From assembly GCA_001600695.1 (NCBI GenBank), contig BCKQ01000009.1, positions 484,772-548,771 of the forward strand: a stretch of DNA of 64,000 nucleotides, written 5' to 3'. Positions 22,490 to 34,700 of the stretch are shown here, piece by piece; within the stretch, counting starts at the first letter, position 1, and every line of letters starts with the position of its first letter. Source of the stretch: Ascoidea asiatica JCM 7603 (taxonomy: Eukaryota; Fungi; Ascomycota). A program made the translations under genes and the position numbers. The notes beneath the pieces are model-generated. The model saw nothing but the letters and a program-made list of their open reading frames with translations, was not told where the DNA came from and searched no databases.

Positions 22490-23550
22490 AGTATTGTTTT
22501 TCTAGTCACAAATAGTTTCAGATGAGAGCCACAGAAAGCGATCTTCAAAATTGTTCCATCTAATTCTGATATAATATATTTTCCATATCCATTATATTTT
22601 GAGATAAAATATGGCCCTAACCACCTGGATCTGTAGTAAGACCTACGATCACTTTTAATTTTTTATTTGATAATAAAACTAATGTCCCTTCTTTAAAAGA
22701 TTTAAATCTAACATTGTTTCTAGCGTCATAATATTTTTTAATATAGGTTCTTATTTTTTCCAAATTATTACCAGCCTCTGCTTGAATAGATACCATAAGT
22801 TCAAATTGAGCAGCTCTAATTAATCGAAATTCTAAACTTGTAAGTTTTTTAGCATATTTTCCAGGAAAGGATGACACTAAATGGTCAATAGACAAAAGAG
22901 GCATCAAACCATACATCAAAAAATAAGGACTATAACCTGTACTTTTCTTGGTAATAACCCGATCAGTAAAAAGAATTGCATTTAGATGTTTGACCCCTGG
23001 GCCAAACTGAGCAACTTTTTCTAATCCTTCTTTTAGAACCTTGTGTCCTCTTTCCACCAAGCCGTTGGCCTTAGGGTCGTAAGGGGATGTAGTGATGTTT
23101 TTAATGCCAAACTTTTGTAATAAAATAGGAACAACTCCTTTATTCTCAGGCCCTCCAATCATGTTTTATATTCAAGACTTGACCATAACGACCAAAAATA
23201 TCTTCGTACAAAAATTCAGCAATATTGTATGATGTCAAATTTTTCAATGGCCTAGCCTCAACAAAATTAGGGAAGTAATCATGAGCAACTACAGCAGCAT
23301 TGTATCCTTCATCACTTGGCAAATAAATAGCATCAATAGCAATAGTGTGAAAAATGGTTTTTATCACTACAGGTTTGAGTGGTTCTTTTTGTGCAGCAGT
23401 TTTAGACATCGTTTGACAAATTAAGCAACTATTAATATGGTATGCAATATCTTTGTTCATACCTGGCCACCAGTATCGAGCCGATATAGCATTTTGCATT
23501 CCAACTAAAGCTCTGTGTCCTAGTTCCTTCTTTTGTGGTAAACGGTCTGA
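22490..23550 (-). pseudogene. Gypsy integrase, frameshifted
   Basis: ELGHRAL..YWWPGM..CLICQ (HHCC), IAIDAI, HD/GGPEN, SPYDPKANGLVERGH. A TAG at 22617-22619 is followed in frame by GPYFISK (GPY/F domain). Frameshift near 23150. Confidence 0.9.
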
Positions 23551-25809
23551 TTCAAACTCATATGATCATCTTTTTCTGGATTTAACATTGGGAGTTCATA
23601 GAGCATAACTATATGCACCTGTGTATTAAGTGCATGGTTCATTCTTACTGTAATTCCAAACTCGGCAATGAAATTAGCTCCAATAATATTATCATGATTG
23701 GAAACATAAAGATTAATAGGATAAGTGTATCCACTTATTGTAACCGTAGTCTGAACTACACCTAACATGTGGCTGATTCTTTCCCCAATACCTAACACAG
23801 TTTTATTGGTGGGATTAACTGTAAGTCCTGCTAACTCATCATTTCTTTGACTAATCAAACTAACTTGGGCACCTGTGTCGAATAGCATTTTTACCAGTAA
23901 CCTGTTATTTAATGTTGTTGATATGCAATAGGCGTAACCTGAGTATTCCATTGACTTTTTAGAGTCGTCAATGTCTTTTACATTCGGTGTTTTTTCATTA
24001 CTTTCCCTTTCACTGTCAATTTCAGATTCTGTCATATCGGAAAGTGACTCAACCCTTGCATCATATATTTCTTCATATTCTGTATTATAATCATTTGGTT
24101 GGGTTGTATCATCATTAACCTTTCTATTCGTTTTATTATATCCTGCGATATCAGAATCCAGAATGTCTTGTCTTTCATCGTCATAGTCAACATCATCTTC
24201 AACATCATTTTCAACATCATTTTCAACATCATCCTCAGATGAATTATAACCATAAACCTTTCCAATGTTAGCTGTTGGCTTCGGAATTGGAATTGCAACC
24301 GATTTCATTTGCTTCTGTAGTGCAGTCTTTATTTCTTTTGAATACGCTGATAAGTTTGCTAAATTTGTGGTGATTGGAACTTTTGTGAATAGTGTTTTAA
24401 TAATTTCTTCCGGTGAATCTGCCATTACAGCGACAGTAGCAGCATAGTAATTGGTCCTTACTCTTTTCTTTTTCTCGACTGATTTATCATCAATATTCAT
24501 ACGAGTATCTTTAGTAGCAGCGGGTCTGTTTACCAAAATGGATCTTTTAGGCTTAGGAGTAGCTGGATTCAACATATCTCTAACAGCTAAGGGCTTTTTA
24601 GCTCTGGTTGATTTTGAAGTTAATTTATGATTACCTTTTGTATTGTTAGCAGCTTTCATGTCGAATGGTTCAACCATATCATCTGTAATTGTCTTGACTA
24701 TTCCGTCAGTGTATTTTCCAATTAAATCATAAGATTCTTCTCTGGACTCGTCTGCATAATCATAGTCTTTAACAACATTGACATTGGTTTGTTTGACTGC
24801 AGTATTGGTACTTAAGTCTCTAATCTTAGAAGATTTATTAAAAGGCCTAGTATCGAAAAGGATTCTTGCTTTTGTTTTTGAATCGTTTAAAAAGTACATA
24901 TCAGTTGGATCTTTATATGCTAACCCATCGCTTAATAATTGAGCAATTTCTTGGAAATCTCGCATTATGTGATCCTCACTACCACACTATAAACAGCTAA
25001 TGTAATTATTCATCCCAATCCTATTTCTACTGGTTCCGGTTTTAGCACCTTCAATATTTGCCATCTTAATTGATAACAGACTCATTTGTGAAATAAGTTT
25101 ATCCATGTGAGATTCCATTGATTTAGGAGCGACATGTTCTGTCATCCTGTTATTGTATGAATTTCTTATCATACTAGGAATTTTATTCACAGGTTGTTTT
25201 GAGAATTTTGTTGTCTCCTGTTCAGTTAAAACTAATTCGTGTTTGGAAATTCCTGAGAGGAATTCGAATTCAACAATTTTTAAATAAACATTATGCCAAT
25301 CTTCTTTTGCATTATATTTGCCGTAGCCTTTAGTATAGAAATGAAGAGCCTTATTTGTATTTAATACCTCAGCCATTACATTCGCGAAATGTTCGATTAA
25401 GAAATTGTACACATGATAGTAAACAACTTCTTTTTCTCTTTCAATTGCAAAATTTACTTCTTCCAAAATGTTCCTCAATAATACAGGTCTTTTGTTAGTC
25501 GATCCTTTCAACAATTTATTTAACACAGCTTCTAATGAGTACATTGGCTTTATACTTGTTGTAAACTTATCATCAAGTACTGTCCCGTCAATGTTTTCTG
25601 TTTTAGAAGCTTTGGACAGCCTGTGCAATAAAAATTCTAATTTTTTGACTAATAATATCATCAATATACTGATTATTGCTAAGAAAATATTGGAGTTCCA
25701 AAGGAGTAACATCATTTTCATTGACAATTAGATGCAACTGAATGAGCCATGCCTCACCCTCACCCTCTAGATTTCTGATAGGGGATATGTTTTTTCTAAG
25801 AGCTCCCAT
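23520..25809 (-). pseudogene. Gypsy gag and aspartic protease, disrupted
   Basis: ORFs 25603-25809, 24987-25727 and 23520-24965. In-frame TAG inside the zinc knuckle (C-L-*-C-GSEDH-IMRD-F). Protease LFDTGAQVSLI...IIGANF. Confidence 0.85.
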
Positions 25810-26193
25810 ATCTAAGCACCGATTTTAAATTACCTATAACTGTACCAAAGAATTTTACTTCTATCAACCAGTATTATATTTAATAACTGCTTTGAATTTG
25901 CAAAAAGTCTAGGGTTAAACTTTTTTTTACAGCAACGATTTAATTTTGAATAGTTCTTGAATAACCTTCAGTATGTCCAGTAAATATCCGGATTACTAAA
26001 CTAAAATAATATTAATGATTGGAAGTTTGACGATCAGTAGTGAAAAACTTAAATAACTTCCTTGAAAGTTAAAATAATTTTGCAACAAAGAGATACCAAC
26101 AAAAAATAATTTATAACCAATAATATCGTTCCTTAATAAAAAGACAATTTTTCAAATAAAACCCAAAACAACAGCAAATTAAAATGATCTTAT

Positions 26194-26209
26194 CAGGGTA
26201 CGACCACCA
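26194..26209 (-). other. Primer-binding site
   Basis: Minus strand TGGTGGTCGTACCCTG starts 4 nt after the 5' LTR and is complementary to a tRNA 3' end ...GGGTACGACCA-CCA. Isoacceptor not assigned. Confidence 0.65.
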
Positions 26210-26213
26210 CAAT

Positions 26214-27228
26214 TGTAAGATTCTCAACGCTTCTACTCGTTCAGTACAATAATCAATATCACCACGTGTCGACGAGTTAATAACTAGCAGCTCAAAATGC
26301 TTACTATTAAAAACCAAAGCTACATCCAACGACGTGTAACAAAAAAGAGGTTTCATCCAAACATTGGATTTTTTATTTCAATTTTACTGTTTAATATATT
26401 GATTTAAAATCTTTTATTGATTATTAAGTTTTTAACTCTTAAAATTGATGGATTGTTTGATAATTAATTCAGCTAATTTATGGCGATAAAAAAAATAATA
26501 AGAGTATTTATATAAAATTTAAGGGCATGAATGTTAGAAAAGGAGTTGTTTAAAATGTACTGAATCAAGTGAAAACAAATTGGTGAGATTGTAAAATTGA
26601 GAAATGTCACATTTAAAGATAAATGTTGAAATTGTAGGATTGTAAATAATAAAACTGATTCATAATTGTTGCAATTATAAACTTGTAAATAGTTAAACAG
26701 ATAAATAATTGTTGAAATTGTAAACTTGTAATTAGTATAGCTTATAAATAATTGTTGAAATTGTAAAGTTGAGCCTTGGTGGTGAAACTGTAAAAGCAAA
26801 ATTGTTGGATTTTGAGGCTGAAAACGTTGAAGACACCACGAATTTATTTCACATGCAATTGATAGATTTATGTGTCAGAGATTCAATTGGGCATGCTGAT
26901 GCTAACCCATGGACCTATGAGACTAAAGCATTGAAAATTGGCAATAATGGTTGTTTTTATGAATGACTTAATAGTTGGATTATGAGACTCAAAACTTGTT
27001 CAAGGAGGCTGAATTATTGGTTTGTGGGAGATAGTATGTAAAAATAACATATAAATTTGAAACAAGTTTGCTGGGGGAGATCCATAAAGATGGCGTCAAT
27101 TTGATAAAAAAATTAAGAAATGTTAAAGGATAGGCTAGGACGGAATATATACGGAAATTGAAACCGTAAACGGATAAATGACAAATGGAAGTAAGTGATT
27201 TCAATTTAATTTAAATCGCTTCCTTTCA
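26214..27228 (-). repeat. 5' LTR (1015 bp)
   Basis: On the plus strand starts TGTAAG and ends CTTTCA; direct repeat of 21421-22436. Confidence 0.93.
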
Positions 27229-27427
27229 ACATGACAAATTTTCGGGCTTTAAAATTCGATTCTATTAAAACACAGGATCTCAACAAAGATCAATGCTACG
27301 TATTTAAAAATGGGTTTTTTTATTAATGAGACCAATTAATTTGGTTATATAACGAATGAAACTTAAATGCCTATAAAACCAATTAGTCTATTATAAATTA
27401 CTTATTTTTGCTCAATCGTGGTCATTC

Positions 27428-28436
27428 TTAAACCACTTTGGAATCATTGTTTTCCTCTGAATTAGAAGAAGTCTTTGAATTTTCAGTTGCATTAGTATGA
27501 AAAGAAAGCATACTAGAATCTATACCAGAATATCTTCTAACCAACTCAGTTATTTGCCATGGAAAAGCTCTGAAAACAGGTAAAATGTTTGCATAGAAAG
27601 GTAATTTAATCTCTCCTCTTCTACCAAATTGAACTGAACAAAATACAAATCTTGCTAAATATTCTGGATCAAGCTCAGGAGCTAATAATGAACTTGGAGA
27701 TCTAACACCATCAAACATTTTAGTATTTAACTGACCTGGGCATATAAGCAATGTTTTAACACCAGTTCTATTAAATGAAGGTGGACCTAATTCATAAGTT
27801 AAAGACTCATGAAGAGCTATTAAACCAGATTTTGAAGCACCATATGCACCTGATAAAGAATGTTAGAAATCAATAAAATGAAAAAAATCCGAAATTGCAG
27901 GACAAAAAAGTTTACTTACTTAATCTTGCTGGAGACATATATCCTAAAACTGAAGCGATTGTAACAATGTAACCACGTTTTATTTCAAGCATATCAGGTA
28001 GGAAAGCTTTGATTGTATAGAAACTGGATAAAAGATTTATTTGAATAGTTCTTTCAATCTCGGAATAACTAAGATCTAACAAGGATTTCCCTGTTGTGAT
28101 TCCTGCATTGTTAATTAATAAGGTCATAACTCCTATTTCTTTTTTTATTTGAGAAGCCACTTTTAAAACCTGATCATTATTACTTACATCACATTTATAA
28201 TAGGTTACACCTGGAAAATCATCATCAGGTTTGGGAGCAACATCAAGAACAACTACTATAGCACCTTTTTTACTAAATATAGAAACTAATTCTTTTCCTA
28301 ATCCTGAACAACCACCAGTTATTAAAACTTTATCTCTATAAGGATCAAATATGGTTCCTATTATAGTATCAGTAACTTGTCTATATTTTCTATTGAATTG
28401 ATATAATAAAAGAGAAGAAGCAAGCAACCCGGTCAT
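27428..28436 (-). CDS. Short-chain dehydrogenase/reductase (17beta-HSD XI/TDA5-like); exons 28436-27920 and 27849-27428
   Basis: VLITGGCSGLG and LINNAG motifs. A 70-nt intron (GTAAGT...TTCTAAC...CAG, 27919-27850) restores PARLSAYGASKSG (YxxxK). Confidence 0.9.
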
Positions 28437-31400
28437 TCAAAAGAAGGCTTTTGAGAGTAATTTTTTAGTTTGTTGAAAATTAAATATTCAAAAAAAATTA
28501 ACTGTTAAAGGAAAAGCAGCTCAATAACAAATTTTATTGAATTTCAATAGAAGTTTAATCTTTAATGAAATGACTTTAGTATCTGAATTATTAGTAAAAG
28601 TAGTAGTTTCTTGGAGTAATGTTTAAAAGAAGTTTGAAAAGTATTCAAGAAGAGGAGAATTTAAGTTTTTAAAAAAATAACAATATAATCAAGATAATTA
28701 CCCCAAGATCAAATTATGAGTACTTTAGGATTGAATATGATGATTGGCCCTCATTTGTGTTTTCATTATCAGCTAAGCCATAGCCTATTATCCTCAAGTA
28801 TAGTCAAAAAATGCGTCTTTCTCAATCTCTAGAACAAATTGGCTGCCACAAAAGGAACATAACTTTTCTTGTTGATAAATAACTTTGAGAATATGAAATA
28901 GGAAAATAAAAAACAAAAATCTATTTTCAACAGGAGGAGTAAGCTGCTATTTGAAGCTTGGTTGGAGTTATCTGTTTTGAATTCTTTTAATGAGAAAGAG
29001 GAAGCTTTCACCGTCAAAGTTTAACCATATAATGTACTTACAATTTTTCACTTATAATAAATATTTTACAACAAAGCTACTTTTGGCGAGCATCAATATT
29101 CCATAGAGATATATTTTTCTTGTTCAAGTTTGGTAGAATTTTCTCAAATTAGAAATAAACAATCTATTGTTAGTTTTAATTTATTTTGTTAAAGCTGACC
29201 TTAATTGTAATTTTAAGAGAACGAACTTCTCTGAATAGTATGATTTGTTTTCAAAGTGGAGTATTAAACAACTATTAAAAGTGTTTTTTATGTATTTTTG
29301 AATTTTGATTCTATTACCATTTTTGTGGAGCCAAAGTCTTATAACGTTATTGTATACAAAAATTATTTTTATATGTTTTTGTGATTCATGATGATTCGAT
29401 AAATTAATGATACTCGGATTAAAAAATTGTTTTAAACTTACTGCGTAAAAAAAACGGTCAAGAGTTTAAAGTTTATAGGTCCCGATATCAAGGGTTTTTT
29501 TGTCAAGAAAAAGATAATGAATTTCGGAGCCCTTCTTTTCAAAGAGCCAGAGCCAAATCAAGTAATTCCGCGAACCCTCAGACACATGCGGATATCTGAA
29601 TTTTTAGTTTCAGTTTGACGGATATAATGGAAAGATATTACATCCGTAGAATATCAGTAAATTGACAATTCTAAAATGTTGTTCAAAAAATTGTCTACTT
29701 AGAAAAAAAACAGTAACTAAATGACTAGAGAAAAGAGAAAGTAAATTGTTTTTTTTTTGAACCAGTTCTTTTTGAAAATAATTTTCAGCTAATTTAAAAA
29801 AAATCTCATGAAATTCGCTTTTGCAAATTCAATTTATTAGAAGCTTTTTTATTAATTTCCCAATTTCTATTTTGTACGAATAAATTCCAATATGAATGTA
29901 ATCATTTCAAGGTTTCACTGTATTTTTATTTTGAAAAACAAAATTTTTGAGGTTAATACTTCCCACCTAGATTTATGATTATTTTGGTAAAAGTCAGGGA
30001 GAATTTCCTCTTCTTTGGCCAAATTTCAAATTATTATTTATGTTTGTACATCCGGCAATTTCAACCACTTTTTTATTGTATTACTTTTTATTTTTATTTT
30101 TACGTTATTTTATGAAATCTCGGAAGTGTGATAACGTTGAAATTCTCAGTCTCACTTTTAAACTACGCTCCTAAAATATTCAGAGCTTCTAGAAGGTAAA
30201 CATAGTTTTCTAGAACATTTTATGAGTGCATACTAAAATATTATAAAATCTTTTCTGAAAGAAAATTATTATTCCGACCCCAGAAGAGAAATAAGGTTCA
30301 AAGGTTTTTGAAATGTATGCAGCTTTCTACCTTAGCTTGATTAACGTTAATTGTTGGCATTATCTCTCAAAATTGGATATGCAATAATCTATTATTCGTG
30401 GGTAGTACAAAATACATTTAATGCTGTACGTTTTTGAATACCGAAATTCATAATTTCTAGAAGGGTTTAAATTTCACTTTCCTCTAAATCTAAGATTTTC
30501 AACTCAAAATAAAATTGTTTATTCAAGGGAGTAAAGTATATTCTGGCGCCAACTCTGAAAAATTAAAATAATCGGGAGCCTGAACAATTCAGGCTCTCGG
30601 CTAAAATGATAAACCCTTGCTAATATTTTTCAGTAATAAAAAGAGAAAATTGAAAATAATAAAAAAAAATATACATCTGAACTGAAATTCAAACTTTAAT
30701 TTGCTTTTTTTCATAATTTTTAAAAGTATTATTATATCATATTCATTTAAATTTGTGCACTTTTCCAGTGAACTGAAATTGGAATTTCAGCTTTCAGTGT
30801 AATTTAAATTATTCCTTGTTTTTCTTTTTCTTTTATTATTTGAATACTCGTTTCTGTTTATAAATAATATTGACCATAATCAACTTTTTTCAATAATGTT
30901 TTGCTCTGTTTTGAATTATCCCAATAAAGTTGAAAGAAGTAAAGGAATTATGGAAAAGATGAATTTGATGAACAATTTGAAGAGATTTTTTTTTTGTTAG
31001 AAACAAAAAATCTCGAATACCCGCTCTTCAAAGTTTAAGAACATAGTGAAGAATGCCAGATGTTAACCATACATATAGCATTTTTAAATACATAGGATCA
31101 CATAAATAATCAAATAAGATGATAAAATGAGAAAAAGGTTATTTGTAAATTTTAGCAGAGCTTTGGATTCTGCTCAAATATATTTGTGAACTTATTACGG
31201 TTTTGTTAATATTTACCGATTACTGATTTGATATTTTGATTATAGAAACATAAAGTGTACATTATGTAATTTACCTACATGCCGAATTCACTTCAAATTG
31301 GCTGATTTCTCATTTACCTATAATATAAATATAGGAATTTTGGTTAAATAAAATGGCTTTCCAGTACCAGTTAGCCGTTCTTTTTCTATAACAGTACCGA

Positions 31401-31764
31401 ATAATTTCTTTTCAAGTAATTTTTTCTTTTATTACAGACTGGAGAAAGATATATGGGCAAGATCTTCTTTTGACATTTTATTTCCCACACGGCCTGATTT
31501 GATTATTTGGCCTAACTAAATGGGCCCAGAGTATTGGCGTCACTTATGCAATGGATTATAGGTTACCCTGCTGTCTAATCTTTGATTTAGTTCAAATCAA
31601 TTGTTTATTTTTGTTTATTTACAAAAACAACCGAAAACAGATCAAATTGTCAAATTATTCTAAAATTTAAAAACTAACAGTGAACAGTGAACAGTGGATA
31701 GTGGATAGCGAATAGAGATATTTTTAACTTATTTTTCAGTTTAATTATATAAAAGACTTAAACA

Positions 31765-34700
31765 ATGAATTCAAAGAATACAATTAAAATTACTCAGCCT
31801 ATGAAAAGACATTCTTCTCCCAGTGATGTAGGTGACAATTCAAACAATAGCAAAAGAACAAGATCTTCTATAGATAATCCAATTCCTTCCCTGAGATTTT
31901 CTAGAAATAGAGCAAATAATAATACTAATAGTAAGATAAATAGTCTTCCAAGAAATCGAAGTAATCTAAACTCTTTTACCAAATCCAAACAATCAAATCT
32001 ATCTTCATCTCGTCTTTCCCAATCAAATTCTCAATCAAATTCACAATCTAATTCACAGCCAAATTCTCATCCAAATTCCTCTTCACTGTCTAATAATGGG
32101 TTTAGTAATATCAGAAGACAAAGCAATCAATCTTCTCAATCAAATAATTTGAATAATACTGGAAAAAATGAAAATTCTACACTGAATTCAGAGGAGTCAA
32201 ATATATCTGTTTTTGTGAGATGTAGATCAAGAAATGAAAGAGAAATCAAAGAGAATAGTGGCGTTGTTGTTTCAACATTAGGCCATATGGGAAAAGAAGT
32301 AATATTGAAATCAAACACAACAAAAACTTACACATTAGACAGAGTTTTTGGAGCAGAATCTGATCAGGAAACAATCTTTGAATCTATAGCTTCTAATTTT
32401 TTAGATGAGGTTTTAGATGGCTACAATTGTACTGTTTTTGCTTATGGTCAAACTGGTACAGGAAAAACATATACAATGACTGGTGAATTTTCAATGAATG
32501 ATATTTCTGATTCAAACAATGATAAAATTGTATTGAATGAGCATGCTGGTATAATTCCAAGAACTTTAGTGGAATTATTCAAAAATTTAAAGAAATTGCC
32601 TGAGTATACCGTAAAAGTTTCATTCATCGAGTTATATAATGAAGAATTAAGGGATTTGCTAGTTAATAATTCAACCTACGATAAAAGAGTAAGAATATAT
32701 GATGACCCATCTAAAAAGTCAATTATTGTCCAGGGAATGGAAGAGATATTTATAAAAAGTGCATCTGAGGGTTTAAAACTATTAGCTGATGGCTCTTTCA
32801 AAAGACAAGTTGCAGCCACCCAATGTAATGATTTATCTTCTAGATCACATACTGTATTTACTGTAACTGTAATGATGAAACAAACAATTGAAAGGTCTGA
32901 AAAAAATGGAAATTTGCAAAATGACGAGAATAATGAATACTATAAAATTGGAAAATTAAACCTTGTTGATTTAGCTGGTTCTGAGAATATAAGTAGATCT
33001 GGTGCAGAAAACAAAAGAGCTAGAGAGGCTGGAATAATAAATCAAAGTTTATTAACCTTAGGAAGAGTAATAAACGCACTAGTAGATAATTCTCCTCATA
33101 TTCCTTATAGAGAATCAAAATTGACCAGGTTGTTACAAGATTCTTTAGGTGGTCAGACAAAAACATGCATTATTGCAACAATCTCTCCTGCAAAAGTTAG
33201 CTTAGATGAAACAATGAGCACATTAGAATATGCAAATAGAGCAAAAAGTATTAAAAATAAACCTCAGATAAATCAATCAGTTTCAAAGAAAATGCTTATA
33301 AAAGAATATGTTCAAGAGATTGAAAGACTAAGAAGTGAACTAAACGCAACTAGATCCAGAAATGGTATATATCTTACTGATGATGTTTATAAGCAAATTA
33401 CCGATGAAAGTGAAAGCAGAAAAATAACTATTGATGAACAAAAATTAAGATTAAATTACCTAGAATCCAATATAAAAAAGTTCAAGGAAAATAACGAGCG
33501 TATGACTCAAGAACTAGAAAATAAGACTCAGCAAATGGACTCGATTCAAAAAAACTTCAATATACTACAGGAAAACTTTAATAGTATTGAAAAAAATTTA
33601 AAAATTTCAATCAAAGATTTGATAATTGAAAATAAAATTAGGATAAATCACCAATATAATGAAAAAAAATTGCATGGAATATCAGTTAATTTAATTGATA
33701 TATTAAATGAAGTTATAATGCAAAAAAATAAAATGCATGGGCTACTAACCTCGAAAAATCTTTTAATAAAAAAAAATTTTGTTTGTTTGCAAGATATAAA
33801 GAAAAAATCCTCTAAATTGATTTCTAATAATCTAAAAGTTGGACTTGAAATATTTGTTAAGGAGCATAATGAAAATATTAATACTTTTGATACGGAATTA
33901 AAGGTTTTACTAGAATCAAAATCCAAAGATTTTTCAATCTTGCTGCAAGAAATTTTGAGTTCAGCAAAATTATTAAATGAAAAGATAGAAAGTATTACTG
34001 ATATTTCTAATGATTCTTCCAAAAGTATGGAAGATGATATTAATAATATAAGTAGTATAAAAGAAGAAATAAAAGTATCTGTGGTAGATAGGATGAAAAC
34101 TACATTATCTAATTTCAAGATTTTTGAAGAGAAGTTAAACGAGAAAATAAATTCTATTAATGCTACACTAATACAAAATTTTAAACAGATCAATGGGTCT
34201 TACAAAGACTGCATTTCTAAGATAGACAGAAAGCTTCTAGAACAAGAAGAAGAAATCATTGATCTCAAAAAAAAGATATCCATTAGCAAAGAAAATTACT
34301 CACAGATATTAAATAGCACCCAAAAGCAGATAAATAACTTTACAGAAGAGGAAGAAAAGGCAAGTGAAGATGATAAAGTTCAGTTGATAAGAGATATGGC
34401 TGATTTACTTGAAAAACATAGAGCTAATAAACAGAAAAGAATTAATAAGTCTTGTTGTAAGTTCTCAAACAAGCTTCTCGATACAAACAAAAGCTTAGGA
34501 CAGGATTTATCATTGTACGAGAACAATTTGAAAGAAATTGCGAATAAACAAAAGGAATTCCGAAATGAAGAATTGAATAAAAAAAGTTTATCAGAGTTCG
34601 AAAATGAGGTGAATGCCTCTTCTAAGGATTCTATTGAAAAGATGAATAAGTTAAAGGATTTGATAAAAAAAGAATTTTTAGAAAATAATGATAGATTTCT

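Larger units (their letters stand above)
21421..27228 (-). mobile_element. Non-autonomous Ty3/Gypsy LTR retrotransposon (5.8 kb): gag-protease-integrase, RT/RNase H absent
   Basis: Two ~1015-bp direct LTRs, PBS, PPT, gag zinc knuckle, LFDTGAQVS protease, HHCC/DDE/GPY integrase. Candidate 4-bp TSD ACGT / ACAT (1 mismatch). Confidence 0.93.

Noticed and set aside
24987-24989. TAG between the gag ORFs as programmed gag-pol readthrough
   Set aside because: The stop falls inside the CCHC knuckle, whose last Cys is also lost, and the element has other disabling lesions. Best read as decay.
22437-26213. Copia classification because protease is followed by integrase
   Set aside because: The integrase has Gypsy-type signatures (YWWPGM, GPY/F domain) and no RT follows it before the PPT.
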